Source: a virus. Taken from it: a stretch of 64,000 bases of DNA. The translations under genes and the position numbers were made by a program. This document shows positions 1-10,260 of this stretch, in pieces. The stretch is from positions 16,849-80,848 of IMG/VR virus record IMGVR_UViG_3300042691_034899. One strand, given 5' to 3'. The notes below the pieces were generated by a model that saw only the letters and a list, made by a program, of their open reading frames with translations, searched no databases and was not told the DNA's origin. The first letter of the stretch is position 1; each line of letters opens with the position of its first letter.

Positions 1-725
1 TACTGAGTTCTAAATGAAGGCAAAGCAGCATTTAATGGTCCCTTACAATCGAACTTACCTATCTCATCCATAATGTAGCCTACAGGAGATAAACCAGCAC
101 TTTTTTCAGATTCCTTCTTACTACCCCTATTTACGTTTCTTATAGCGATTTGAGAATGCACATATCTGTGACCAGTCTTTTCTTTAAGTCCAAATTCTAC
201 AAATGAATCCCAATCAGTTACAAGCCTAGGAAGTTGAAGTGCAGGATGTACGTTATTGAAATGTCTTTCTAGAAGTGCGGATATTGCTTGTAAGTCACCG
301 TCTGATCCTCCGACTATCGATGTAACACCATTTGTTCGAATTGTATTTAGCCAGGAAGTTAAAGAGGCTAACGATGTTGATTTAGCAAAACCACGAGTTC
401 CGAAAAGACAAAGTCCTTTTCCTTCTTTTTCCGCTTGCTGATAACTTTCAACTACATACATGAAGTTGTCATCAAGTGGTGGACACATTATCTTCTCTTC
501 TTTATTCTTTAGTGGAATAGGGGTCTTAAAATAATTTAAATGGTAATACAACCAAGGGTGTACGAAAAAACCTCCTATGTATACACCATTGGTTATTTTT
601 GATTTTTCTTCCTCAAAAAATTTTATAACATCTGAGGATTGTTCAAAATAATGCTTTCTTGGGTTATACACAGGAGGCTTATTCATATTTATGAACATCT
701 CCTTACTACTGAGAATACTTGACAT
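1..725 (-). CDS. terL: Terminase large subunit, N-terminal ATPase part (runs off the window edge)
   Basis: Not in the ORF track. Hand translation from ATG 725: MSSILSSKEMFINMNKPP... with Walker A-like GTRGFAKST and Walker B GYIMDEIG; frame open to position 1. Confidence 0.85.
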   Translation of the reverse strand, partial: MSSILSSKEMFINMNKPPVYNPRKHYFEQSSDVIKFFEEEKSKITNGVYIGGFFVHPWLYYHLNYFKTPIPLKNKEEKIMCPPLDDNFMYVVESYQQAEKEGKGLCLFGTRGFAKSTSLASLTSWLNTIRTNGVTSIVGGSDGDLQAISALLERHFNNVHPALQLPRLVTDWDSFVEFGLKEKTGHRYVHSQIAIRNVNRGSKKESEKSAGLSPVGYIMDEIGKFDCKGPLNAALPSFRTQ

Positions 726-731
726 AGAGTA

Positions 732-1217
732 CTACTGTAAGTTTTCGTACATTTCTTTCAAGCTATCGTTAGATGCTTTTCTTGTTTCAAGAGCTTCTGT
801 AATTACTTTCTTAAAGTCTTCATCTGAGAAAACAACATCTCCAGAATCATTTACAATAAAGATATCTGACTTCTGATTAGAAATGTTTTTCATAGCTTCT
901 TTTTTATTTTCGTCTAGTCCTAAATCAATATCAAAAATATTTGACATAGTATTTAACTCTATAAGAGTATTTAAGATATGTTGAAGATTTTGTTCCATAA
1001 GGAATGAGTAATAATGTAAATCCATTAATCGGATTAAATCCGATTTTACATCTTCATAACTTCCAGATGGATTACTCTTTTTGTGAGATTTTACAACTTC
1101 ACGAGTTTTCATAAACTCTTCACGATCTGTAAAAATTCTTTTTTCAAACTTCTCTACTCTATTCAAGAGATCATTAACTCTTGACTTTAAATAGGTTTCA
1201 ACTGACTCGTTTTTCAT
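732..1217 (-). CDS. Hypothetical helical protein directly upstream of terL (terminase small subunit candidate)
   Basis: 161-aa ORF; the candidate call rests on position only. Confidence 0.4.
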   Translation of the reverse strand: MKNESVETYLKSRVNDLLNRVEKFEKRIFTDREEFMKTREVVKSHKKSNPSGSYEDVKSDLIRLMDLHYYSFLMEQNLQHILNTLIELNTMSNIFDIDLGLDENKKEAMKNISNQKSDIFIVNDSGDVVFSDEDFKKVITEALETRKASNDSLKEMYENLQ

Positions 1218-1237
1218 ATTTGGTTTTTATTTATTTA

Positions 1238-1459
1238 CTATTCAGACTCTTCTTTGATTGCTTTATCAATTGCAGAGTATATTTGCTGATCTGTTATATT
1301 TAATATTGCTTGTCTTGTACTTGTGTCTACTCCAGCTTTATTTAACTGTGTAAATATGCTAAAGAGTACTTCTCCTATTGTATAGTTTGGCAACCTGTCA
1401 GTATATTCAGATAGCTTATCTATAAAAAGAGGTTTATAATTCATGTTACTAGTTGCCAT
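1238..1459 (-). CDS. Hypothetical protein
   Basis: 73-aa ORF in the operon, overlapping the upstream stop. Confidence 0.6.
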   Translation of the reverse strand: MATSNMNYKPLFIDKLSEYTDRLPNYTIGEVLFSIFTQLNKAGVDTSTRQAILNITDQQIYSAIDKAIKEESE

Positions 1460-2108
1460 TTTTGTAAATCTTAAATAGAATTGTAATTGTTTTTGTGTTT
1501 ATTCCAAGATTGTATGTTACGTACATATTCTTTTGAGTCCAAGTATTTTCTGAAAACTTTAGAGTTGATATATCAATATTGAACTGTGATGTTTCTTCAT
1601 CTATCACTTCAATACTTCCTACCGTACAAGAGCATCCTGCGTTGTAAGATTTAACATCAAAACCTCCCTTTCTTTTTAGTTGAAATGAAAATGAAACTTT
1701 TGGACTAGACGTTGGATTAAGTTCATATATCAAGTTAGTGCCTTCTAAATATACTGAACCCATGTCATCAGTGATATTTGTAATTGACAGTTTTTTATCG
1801 GACAATGACTCTACCTCTAAGGCAACCCAATTTGGACTTAGGCCTATACTTGCTTTTCCACAAGTCTCTTGTTTTACAGCACACTTACGTTCAATACAAC
1901 ATCCACATGCTGTACAGTGATTACTATTATCACAAATACCTGTAGATATTTTTATCTTATCAGCTATCTTTAAAGTGTCGTTAGATATATTCTTTGAATT
2001 GTACTCACAAGAGTTGCATGTTTCAATTCTATCCTGATACCACTTCTCATCTACTGGAAGCTCCTCAAGGAATGCTTTTACAATTGTTTTTGCTTTTTTT
2101 AAATTCAT
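1449..2108 (-). CDS. Cys-rich (Zn-binding) protein with a C-terminal DUF1573-like Ig segment
   Basis: CNSC...CTACGCC...C motifs; later AGCSCT motif typical of Bacteroidota DUF1573 domains. Confidence 0.5.
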   Translation of the reverse strand: MNLKKAKTIVKAFLEELPVDEKWYQDRIETCNSCEYNSKNISNDTLKIADKIKISTGICDNSNHCTACGCCIERKCAVKQETCGKASIGLSPNWVALEVESLSDKKLSITNITDDMGSVYLEGTNLIYELNPTSSPKVSFSFQLKRKGGFDVKSYNAGCSCTVGSIEVIDEETSQFNIDISTLKFSENTWTQKNMYVTYNLGINTKTITILFKIYKNGN

Positions 2109-2117
2109 TTTAATTTG

Positions 2118-2534
2118 TTATTGTGCGTTTTGCCATTCTTCTAATTCCCTAAGAGACTTCCCTTTACTGAAATAAGTGCTGAATAGTTTAGACCGTTTTC
2201 TATGTCTATTGTATCCAGATATTCCTTCAAACTCTCTACCAAATTTCTCTAACCTTTTTCTATTTACTCCGATCATCTTTGTCTTATGCTTAGACAACTC
2301 CTCTTCTTTATCTTTATAGTATGTGTAGTCTCTTTCTACTTTTGTCCAATTTAAGTACATTCTACCAACACTTGGAATATTTACAGTAAGAACTTCTGGA
2401 TCCATTGTAAGTTTTTTTATCCAATGTACCATAAAATCAACATGATCTTCAATCAGTTCTTTTGGCATGTTAAGCTCTTTTGCAACAATTTCTGCAATAT
2501 CACTTGTAAAAGCTATATCAGTTGGCCTTTGCAT
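2118..2534 (-). CDS. HU/IHF-like DNA-binding protein
   Basis: IAEIVAKELNMPKELIE helices followed by VNIPSVGRMY (HU/IHF V.i..fG.F-like motif). Confidence 0.45.
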   Translation of the reverse strand: MQRPTDIAFTSDIAEIVAKELNMPKELIEDHVDFMVHWIKKLTMDPEVLTVNIPSVGRMYLNWTKVERDYTYYKDKEEELSKHKTKMIGVNRKRLEKFGREFEGISGYNRHRKRSKLFSTYFSKGKSLRELEEWQNAQ

Positions 2535-2952
2535 TTGTACTATTTACAACTTGAAATAAAAACATCATGTTTGAATCACCACTGCTATGGACGTATTCCT
2601 GTAGCTTCACTAAATCTTTATGCAAATGATTAATCCTTGTATTCATAGGATCCTTTACAAGATAGTCGTTGTGACGCAGTTCTAAATTCATTGAATTTAT
2701 AGCAGGTTTTTTCACATTTAAGATTTTAGCTGCCTTTTCTTTAGTTGAGCTATTGTACCCATACTTTATGTACAATGCTAAGAGCAATATTAACTTCTCT
2801 CTTAGTACATTTGATGTTACTCCACACACTCTTCTATGACAAGAGAATAAATAAATTATTTTCTTTAGGCCATCAATCTCGTCATCTTTTACTATATCTG
2901 GTGCTAGATATATATTTGGGCCAGTGTTTTTACGTTCTATTTGATCTTCCAA
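2518..2952 (-). CDS. Hypothetical, possible winged-HTH protein
   Basis: 144-aa ORF with TTG start; KAAKILNVKKPAINSMNLELRHNDYL resembles an HTH. Confidence 0.45.
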   Translation of the reverse strand: MEDQIERKNTGPNIYLAPDIVKDDEIDGLKKIIYLFSCHRRVCGVTSNVLREKLILLLALYIKYGYNSSTKEKAAKILNVKKPAINSMNLELRHNDYLVKDPMNTRINHLHKDLVKLQEYVHSSGDSNMMFLFQVVNSTNAKAN

Positions 2953-3073
2953 TTGAGTTAGTTTTTAGAAAATTTGCATAAAGAAATATAATATTTTCTA
3001 ATTATCCAAATAAATAACAATTTTTAACATTATTTTTACATAAAAATACAAACATAAGAATTAATTTTGATAT

Positions 3074-3304
3074 ATGGAAGAAATAATTCAAACTGAAGAA
3101 GAATATTTTTACAAAATCTTCAATACGATATCGGAAAGTATAATTACTGATGAGTACTTTGATAAAAATGATAAGCTACTAAGTAGTATATCAAGTTCCC
3201 TATATGACATTAATATCATAACTGAAGGTAAAATGCCGCCAGAGCTTGGTAGAAGAGTTATTGAAGAGGTATTCTCAAATGTATTCAAACACGGTATACG
3301 TTAA
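3074..3304 (+). CDS. Hypothetical protein
   Basis: 76-aa ORF with AT-rich leader. Confidence 0.6.
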   Translation: MEEIIQTEEEYFYKIFNTISESIITDEYFDKNDKLLSSISSSLYDINIITEGKMPPELGRRVIEEVFSNVFKHGIR

Positions 3305-3320
3305 ATTTTTCCAAAAAGTA

Positions 3321-3352
3321 TTTGCAGATATTTACTTTTCTGTTTATATTTG
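3321..3352 (+). promoter_or_regulatory. Bacteroidota housekeeping-sigma promoter driving the non-coding region
   Basis: TTTG (3321-3324), N20, TATATTTG (3345-3352). Confidence 0.75.
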
Positions 3353-3356
3353 CGGT

Positions 3357-3680
3357 TATATTCGTAAAAAAGTATAAAAAACATAGTGTGTTTTAGATTC
3401 AGTTTTGACACGTACAACTCAAAACTACGACTAATAGGGAACTATTCGGCAAAATAAAAAGCTCAGCTCTGCAACGCCTGCAACTGAGTCCAGCAGACCT
3501 TCGGGGGGATCGCCAGAATAGATACAAAAAAGCCATAGCAATTTGAAATTTTTAAAAATTGCTGAATAAATAAGAAATTGGTACTGGTAGTAGAGTGTCC
3601 CTTATTGGTTTAGTAACATAGTTTCTATGTGAAAATCTGGCGGGAGGGATTCTGCTGGTAATAAGGCGAAGCTATGCATT
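3357..3680 (+). ncRNA. Putative large structured ncRNA, family not recognised
   Basis: No ORF. Nested helices CCAGCAGA/TCTGCTGG, CGCCAGA/TCTGGCG, CATAGT/GCTATG plus several hairpins; has its own promoter. Confidence 0.6.
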
Positions 3681-3747
3681 ATAGGTAAATTTTTCGTAAA
3701 ATTTTAATTACTCGAAAAGTTTCATTAAATTTGTAAAAAACCATAAA

Positions 3748-4725
3748 ATGAGTATATCTAAAGAATCTTTAAGTAAGCTTCAAAAACTATTTGGAAAAGA
3801 AGCAGTTATGACTTTAAACGAGTCGATTAATCTTGACATTGAACTCCTATCATCTGGATCTCTATTCTTGAACCACGCTTTAGGCGGAGGATTCCCTATG
3901 GGAAGAATCATTGAGATAGCTGGCCCAGAGTCTTCAGGAAAAACAACTCTAGCTATTCACGCTATTTCAGAAGCGCAAAAAGTTGGAAAGAACTGTGCGA
4001 TGATTGATGCTGAGCATGCATTCGATAAAGTCTATGCAGAAAACTTAGGCGTGAATACAGACGAGCTTCTAATCTCTCAACCTGATACAGGAGAACAAGC
4101 TCTTGACATAGTGGAAGCAATGATTGATACTGGAGAGGTTCAGCTAATTGTAATTGACTCTACCTCATCCCTTGTACCTAGAGCAGAGCTAGAAGGTGAA
4201 ATGGGTGACTCAGCTGTAGGACTACAAGCTAGGCTATTATCAAAAGCTTTAAGAAAGTTGACAGGAAAAGCAAAGAAAAATAATTGTCTTCTTATTTTCA
4301 TATCTCAGTTGAGAGAAAAAATTGGAGTTATGTACGGATCGCCAGAAGTTATCGGAGTTGGTAATGCGCTTAAATTCTATGCCTCTCAGCGGATTATTGT
4401 AAGAAAGTCTACTCAAGTTAGTGGAAAAGATGGCAACGGACCAGAGGGCAATCTAACTAAAGCTAAAGTTATTAAGAATAAAATCGCTCCTCCATTTAGA
4501 GAAGCTGAGTACACAATCAAATACGGAAAAGGTATTGACAAAGATGGCGAGCTTATTGACTTAGGAGTTGAAATGAATATCATAGAAAAATCTGGATCTT
4601 GGTATTCTTACCAAGGATCTAAATTAGGTCAAGGTAAAGAGAATTCACTTGCTTTACTTTTAGACAATCCAGAGCTTATGGAAGAGATTAGAGGACTTGT
4701 TGAAAAGGGACTTGCCAATCAATAA
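3748..4725 (+). CDS. recA: RecA recombinase
   Basis: GPESSGKTT Walker [32 protein letters not shown]. Confidence 0.97.
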   Translation: MSISKESLSKLQKLFGKEAVMTLNESINLDIELLSSGSLFLNHALGGGFPMGRIIEIAGPESSGKTTLAIHAISEAQKVGKNCAMIDAEHAFDKVYAENLGVNTDELLISQPDTGEQALDIVEAMIDTGEVQLIVIDSTSSLVPRAELEGEMGDSAVGLQARLLSKALRKLTGKAKKNNCLLIFISQLREKIGVMYGSPEVIGVGNALKFYASQRIIVRKSTQVSGKDGNGPEGNLTKAKVIKNKIAPPFREAEYTIKYGKGIDKDGELIDLGVEMNIIEKSGSWYSYQGSKLGQGKENSLALLLDNPELMEEIRGLVEKGLANQ

Positions 4726-4736
4726 ATCAAATCTAT

Positions 4737-5165
4737 ATGTGGATATTTGAAAATAAACCTGTAAATTCTATTGATGATATAGACCCAAAAGCAATTGGGT
4801 TTATATACATCATAGTAGATGAAGATGGTAGGGAGTATGTTGGGCAGAAGTCTTTATATTCAAAAAGAAAGCGAAAGTTTGGTAAGAGAGAAGCTGCAGC
4901 TATCACTGATAAGAGAAAGAAGACTTATGAGTATATTGTAAAAGAATCTGATTGGCTTACTTATACTGGATCAAACAAAGAACTTAATGAAAAAATAAAA
5001 GAGGGTATTAAGTTTACAAAGCACATCCTAAAACTTTGCTACAATAAGAAGCAATTATCTTACTATGAAACAAAATATCTTATGATTAGAGAATCAATTG
5101 AGCCTGGGAATATGTCATACAATGGAAATATCTTAGGTAAGTTTTATCCTAAAGATTTACTATGA
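4737..5165 (+). CDS. GIY-YIG family endonuclease (T4 endonuclease II-like)
   Basis: GFIYII...YVGQK...ESDWLTYTGS...E...YNGNI pattern. Confidence 0.7.
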   Translation: MWIFENKPVNSIDDIDPKAIGFIYIIVDEDGREYVGQKSLYSKRKRKFGKREAAAITDKRKKTYEYIVKESDWLTYTGSNKELNEKIKEGIKFTKHILKLCYNKKQLSYYETKYLMIRESIEPGNMSYNGNILGKFYPKDLL

Positions 5166-5356
5166 CAAAAACAGAATACCAATCTATAAGAGGGGAGCAA
5201 GACTTTCTCTGCAGGTACTTTAACAAGATGTCAAAAAATGACTTAGATAATAGAGTTTTTAGTACTATGCTTTCTATGTGGATAATGCAGATTGGCTTAC
5301 ATCCACAGCAAGGTGTTCAGCAAATTTTAAATTTTTTAGATAAGAAGTATGAATAA
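5162..5356 (+). CDS. Hypothetical protein
   Basis: ATGA overlap with the upstream gene. Confidence 0.55.
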   Translation: MTKTEYQSIRGEQDFLCRYFNKMSKNDLDNRVFSTMLSMWIMQIGLHPQQGVQQILNFLDKKYE

Positions 5357-5419
5357 TCTAAAAGTTTTACTATATTTGTCTTGTTAAACAATTTATTTAT
5401 TAATTAAAAGGAAAGCGTT

Positions 5420-6208
5420 ATGGCTAACAAGTATTTACAAATTGAGTTTAAATCTGGAAATTTATTTGAGTATTCAAAAGAACAAAAAGAAGGATTTGAA
5501 GAACACAAAAATTCTAAAGGAAATGTTTCCTACAGAAAGTATTACAAGGAAGGTATTTTTGGAGTGTACAAAGGTACAACCCTAAGAGATACTGATTTTG
5601 GAAAAGAGGTTTCAATCTTTATGGTTGATGGTAATGGAGACAATAACTTTATTAACTTCCCACTTTTTGATCAAAGTAAGAATATCGCAGCTTATGCTGA
5701 ATCTTTGATTACAGTACTTCCATCTATGGAGCAAAATTATGTTTATAGAATTTTCCCATATACAATGGAAAAAGAAGGATCAAAGTATAAGTCTTACGGA
5801 GTATCTGTAAAACATGCAGACATTACAGATAAAACTGTAAGAGAAGATTTTCCTCTAGCTAGACTTACCTATACTTATACAAATAAGTCTGGAGAACTTG
5901 TAAATGGGGATGTTCCAGCTGTTGTTTGGAAAGAAAATTTTGACGGTTCGAAAATTAAAGATCAGTTTGAAAAGAATAAATTCTTACATGAGGTTTTAGT
6001 AAAGTATGCATCAGAATCTGTAAAAGTAAGTAATAAAGTTACAGGAGGAGAAGCTCCAAGACCTTATGGTCAGCAGGCTACTAAAGCTCCAACTGAACAG
6101 CCTAAGAAAGAAGAAGTTTCAGAATCTGTTAAAGGAACTGTTGCATATGAGCAAGAGCAACCTAAAGTTGAAAACCAAAAATCTAGTAAAGTAGATTTAC
6201 CATTTTAA
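5420..6208 (+). CDS. Putative single-stranded DNA-binding protein
   Basis: Beta-rich N-terminus, low-complexity linker, C-terminal DLPF tail; TATATTTG promoter box at 5371-5378. Confidence 0.65.
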   Translation: MANKYLQIEFKSGNLFEYSKEQKEGFEEHKNSKGNVSYRKYYKEGIFGVYKGTTLRDTDFGKEVSIFMVDGNGDNNFINFPLFDQSKNIAAYAESLITVLPSMEQNYVYRIFPYTMEKEGSKYKSYGVSVKHADITDKTVREDFPLARLTYTYTNKSGELVNGDVPAVVWKENFDGSKIKDQFEKNKFLHEVLVKYASESVKVSNKVTGGEAPRPYGQQATKAPTEQPKKEEVSESVKGTVAYEQEQPKVENQKSSKVDLPF

Positions 6209-6215
6209 GTCAAAC

Positions 6216-6245
6216 GCCCCAGCTTTTGTTGGGGCTAAATTTTTA
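6216..6245 (+). terminator. Intrinsic terminator-like hairpin
   Basis: GCCCCAGC-TTTT-GTTGGGGC followed by an AT/T-rich run. Confidence 0.55.
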
Positions 6246-6250
6246 TATAT

Positions 6251-6655
6251 ATGAAAGCAATCATTTTATTAGTAATCCTTTCTTTAGGATTCCAAGCATT
6301 TAGTCAAGTTAATATAGCTTATGGTAAGGCTGGAGATGAAGAGTATATTAAGCCATATAAGTCTTCTTTTGTAGATTCAAAAGTAGATTTTATTATCGAT
6401 GATTCAGAGACAATGGTATATTGTAACTTTAGCAATCCAATAATGAATCCATTTGAAGATATGTATTGGAGAATTGAGGCATCAGAGACAAATGAGTTTT
6501 TTGATATTTACAGAGTAACATCTCAAAGTGGAAAAGAACTGTTCTTATACTTCTACAGAGATCAACATGGAGTCCTTCTATTAGATAAATCTACAGATAA
6601 CTTTACATCTATTATCGGAGAAGACTTAAGTTATAAAATAAAAATAAAATCATAG
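6251..6655 (+). CDS. Secreted/periplasmic hypothetical protein
   Basis: Sec signal MKAIILLVILSLGFQAFS followed by Q. Confidence 0.6.
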   Translation: MKAIILLVILSLGFQAFSQVNIAYGKAGDEEYIKPYKSSFVDSKVDFIIDDSETMVYCNFSNPIMNPFEDMYWRIEASETNEFFDIYRVTSQSGKELFLYFYRDQHGVLLLDKSTDNFTSIIGEDLSYKIKIKS

Positions 6656-6656
6656 T

Positions 6657-7085
6657 ATGGCAAGCGATCAAGCTAGGCAAATTTTTTCTGCAAACTTAAA
6701 GTTAATTAAATCTAGCCTTCCAAAAACTTGTACTTATTTATCATCTTATAAAACAAAAGAAGGTAAGTATTTAGTTAAAGCTAGAATTAAAGGTAACGAT
6801 CATTTCTTTTCTGTTCCTGAAGAACTAAAATTTTCTCCTGCAGATTTAAGGCAACTTAAAAATGTCATACTAGAAAAGTGCTAAAGTATGTCAATTAACG
6901 AAATCAAAGCCATATATGAATCCTTATTAGAAAATGGAGATCTATTTGTGTTATTTAGTAATATGACTGGATCATGGGATTCTGATAAGGCAAAGTTTAA
7001 AAAACTATATGATCAAAATCAGAAAATGATTGACAATGATTTTTTAGATCTTGATGAAGGCTTTGACATTTTTGAAGACTATTAA
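6657..7085 (+). CDS. Two small hypothetical proteins (6657-6884, 6888-7085)
   Basis: Tightly packed ORFs in the operon. Confidence 0.55.
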
Positions 7086-7087
7086 TT

Positions 7088-8659
7088 ATGAGAAAATATC
7101 ATAAATATGACAACGATCTAATTGAGGATCTTTGTAAAAAACAACCTGAAGACAACTTCAATTTAACAGATGTAGCTAAAAGGTATTGTAAAAAGAAGGA
7201 TATAGACTTCTCTGTCTATATAGCTAGAAGCATTCAAAAAATTGTTGCAAATAATAACTTTAATGTTTCAAACGTAAAACCTTTAAAATCTAAAGCTTAT
7301 ACAGCAGCTGTAAAAAGAAAGTTTAAAAGTAAGAAATCAAACTATATTGTTACTTGGGCTCAAGCTCATACTCCAATAGATGAAAATCTATGGAACAATA
7401 TCAAAGTATACGCTGAATATCACAATGCTGATATTATAGTTATGCCAGGAACTTACCTAAATAATAATTCAGTTTTCACAAAACGAGTTGAGGTATGGGA
7501 TTCTGAATTAGTTGATTACTTATACGCTACAGAAGCATCTGTACACAATCATCTAACAATGATACCAGATGCTGATATTATACCAACTGCAGAAAGACCA
7601 CTACTTGGATTATTTAGTGTAACTGGAATTGAAAGCTGTATCATTGGACATCCAAGACAACACATGGACATTGTACCTACAATGAAAAATTCAAGAAGGA
7701 AGTTCATGTTTACAACTGGGTCAATTACTGTTCCTAATTACAGAAAGTCAAGAGTAGGTAAGAAGGCTAAAGTCCATCACAAGATGGGTTTTCTTTTTGT
7801 TGAAAATCTAAATGAGGATAATTTTACAGCTAGACACGTACATGCAGATGACGATGGTTCATTTACAGATCTAGTATTTTCAGTTTCAAATGGTAAAGTA
7901 TCATTTGAGAAGAGCTGGGAAGCAATGGTATTTGGTGATACTCATTTATCAAAAGAGGATCCAAAAATGCTAGAAGAATCAAAAAGGTTGTGTAAATTAG
8001 CAAACTGTAAAAGAACAATATGGCATGACCTTGCAGATGGGTACTCTATAAATCCACATCAAGAGAAAGACTATGTTGAACAAGTTGTAAAAGCAAAGAA
8101 AGGTTTAAACAGTCTTGAAGAAGAACTAAATAGAAGTGTGGAGTTCTTAAATGGATGGTTAGATTATAATCCAGTAATAATTCCAAGTAATCACAACGAT
8201 TGGATTGACAAATGGGTTAGATTCAATAGAGGATCAAAAGATATTAACAATGCTATGATATTCAATAGATTTCAAAATATTCTATTTGAAGAGAAGGCTC
8301 CAAAAGGACTCTATGCATATGTTCTAGAAGAGACTTTTGGAGATAGTATTACTTGTTTATCAAGAGATGATTCTTATGAAGTTTGTGGAATAGAGCTTAA
8401 TAATCATGGAGATCTTGGATCTAATGGAGCAAAAGGAACTCCAACAACATTTGCAAAACTTAACACTCCAGTTGTATCAGGAGATAAGCATTACCCATAT
8501 ACACTAGATAATGCACATGGAGTTGGTCTATCATCTGTACTAGATCACAAGTATAATAGAGGTATGTCTAGTTGGGCTCAGAGTAATGGTATAATTTTAC
8601 CAAACGGAAGATTCCAACACTTACTTTATTTCGATGGTAAATTCACTAATTTAATTTAA
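7088..8659 (+). CDS. T5 A1-like metallophosphoesterase-fold protein (putative DNase / DNA-transfer protein)
   Basis: YIVTWAQ, SCIIGHP, TTGSIT..NY...GKKA..HH, GDTH, WHD, SNHN, HGDLGSNG, SSW motifs, as recalled for T5 A1 homologs. Confidence 0.7.
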   Translation: MRKYHKYDNDLIEDLCKKQPEDNFNLTDVAKRYCKKKDIDFSVYIARSIQKIVANNNFNVSNVKPLKSKAYTAAVKRKFKSKKSNYIVTWAQAHTPIDENLWNNIKVYAEYHNADIIVMPGTYLNNNSVFTKRVEVWDSELVDYLYATEASVHNHLTMIPDADIIPTAERPLLGLFSVTGIESCIIGHPRQHMDIVPTMKNSRRKFMFTTGSITVPNYRKSRVGKKAKVHHKMGFLFVENLNEDNFTARHVHADDDGSFTDLVFSVSNGKVSFEKSWEAMVFGDTHLSKEDPKMLEESKRLCKLANCKRTIWHDLADGYSINPHQEKDYVEQVVKAKKGLNSLEEELNRSVEFLNGWLDYNPVIIPSNHNDWIDKWVRFNRGSKDINNAMIFNRFQNILFEEKAPKGLYAYVLEETFGDSITCLSRDDSYEVCGIELNNHGDLGSNGAKGTPTTFAKLNTPVVSGDKHYPYTLDNAHGVGLSSVLDHKYNRGMSSWAQSNGIILPNGRFQHLLYFDGKFTNLI

Positions 8660-8670
8660 ATAAAACCAAT

Positions 8671-10260
8671 ATGTCAAAACAAATTATTTTTAACAAGGAA
8701 GCAAGAGAAAAGCTTTTATCAGGTGCTGATAAATTAGCTGATGCCGTAAGAGTTACCCTTGGAGCTAAGGGTAGAAATGTTATGATTGGAGAAGGCATGC
8801 ACTCAGCGTTTGTTACTAATGATGGTGTAACAGTTGCTAGAGCTGTAGAACTTGATGATCCAATTGAAAATATTGGTGCGTATTTCTTAAAAGAAGCTGC
8901 ATCAAAAACAGAGGAAATGGCAGGAGATGGTACAACTACTTGTACAATACTAACTCATTCGATGCTTAAATTAGGGATGAAGTATCTAGCCGCCGATGCA
9001 AATCCGATGGATTTAAAAAGAGGAATGCACAAAACGCTAGAAAAACTTGTGTCAATGATTGATAAAGATTCTAAGAAGATCAGTATTAATAGTGATGAGT
9101 TACGACATGTAGCCACAATATCTGCTAACAATGATCCATTTATTGGAGACTTAATTGCAGAAGCTATTCATAGAGTAGGTAAATCTGGTATTGTATCTGT
9201 TGAGCAATCAACAAATATGGAAACTAGAATTGAAGTTGTTGAGGGTACTGAATTTGACAAGGGTTACATTCACCCCTACTTTATGACAAATGTAGAGAAG
9301 GAAAGAGCCGAGTTAGATAATGTATATGTCTTAGTTACTGATCACAAGATTTTTAGTATGCGTGAACTTCTTCCTATACTAGAAAAAGTTGGAAGAAGCA
9401 AACCCCTATTGATTATCTCTGACGAGATTGACTCTAATGTTGTTCCAACTATTATCTTGAATCACACACAGGGTATTGTAAATGTATGCTGTGTAAAAGC
9501 TCCAGGATTTGGAGACACAAGAGTAAGTATGCTTGAAGACATTGCAGCTATTACAGGTGCAGAACTTATCTCATCAAGTAAGAGTATGAAACTTGAGGAT
9601 GTTACATTAGAAATGCTTGGGTATGCTACTAAGGTTAACGTATCAAAAGATAGAACTACAATCATTGATGGCAACGGAGATGCAGATATTATTGAAGCAA
9701 GAATCAAACAAATAGAAAGCCTTATTCAAACTGAGGACGATGCATATGCAAAAGATAAACTTCAAGAAAGATTGGGTAGACTAACTGGAGGAGCTGCAGT
9801 CTTATTTGTTGGAGGGACAACAGAGACAGAAATGGAAGAGAAGAAGTATAGAGTAGATGATGCTTTATCTGCTACTAAAGCTGCTCTTGAAGAGGGTATT
9901 GTTCCAGGTGGTGGAGTAGAACTTGCTGTAGTTGGTCACAAATTCAATAAGGAAGCCTCAGACATCTTTTTAAATGACGATGAAAGACTTGGTGCAGAAA
10001 TAGTTTTAAAGTCTCTTAGAGAGCCTCTATATCAAATTCTTAAGAATGCTGGAATCAGTGGAGATAAAATCTATACTGATATCTGCGAAAGTGAAAGTGG
10101 AAAGATGGGTTATGATCTAAATAAGGATCAGTATGTTGACATGCTAGAAGCAGGTATTGTAGATCCAGCAAAAGTAACTAAAGCTGCATTGATGAATTCA
10201 ACATCAATTGCATCAATGATATTAACAACAGAAGCTATAATCGCTAAAAAACCAGAATAG
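8671..10260 (+). CDS. groEL: Chaperonin GroEL
   Basis: TLGAKGRNV, TNDGVTVA, GDGTTT, KAPGFGD, GIVPGGG, GIVDPAKV; no GGM tail. Confidence 0.97.
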   Translation: MSKQIIFNKEAREKLLSGADKLADAVRVTLGAKGRNVMIGEGMHSAFVTNDGVTVARAVELDDPIENIGAYFLKEAASKTEEMAGDGTTTCTILTHSMLKLGMKYLAADANPMDLKRGMHKTLEKLVSMIDKDSKKISINSDELRHVATISANNDPFIGDLIAEAIHRVGKSGIVSVEQSTNMETRIEVVEGTEFDKGYIHPYFMTNVEKERAELDNVYVLVTDHKIFSMRELLPILEKVGRSKPLLIISDEIDSNVVPTIILNHTQGIVNVCCVKAPGFGDTRVSMLEDIAAITGAELISSSKSMKLEDVTLEMLGYATKVNVSKDRTTIIDGNGDADIIEARIKQIESLIQTEDDAYAKDKLQERLGRLTGGAAVLFVGGTTETEMEEKKYRVDDALSATKAALEEGIVPGGGVELAVVGHKFNKEASDIFLNDDERLGAEIVLKSLREPLYQILKNAGISGDKIYTDICESESGKMGYDLNKDQYVDMLEAGIVDPAKVTKAALMNSTSIASMILTTEAIIAKKPE

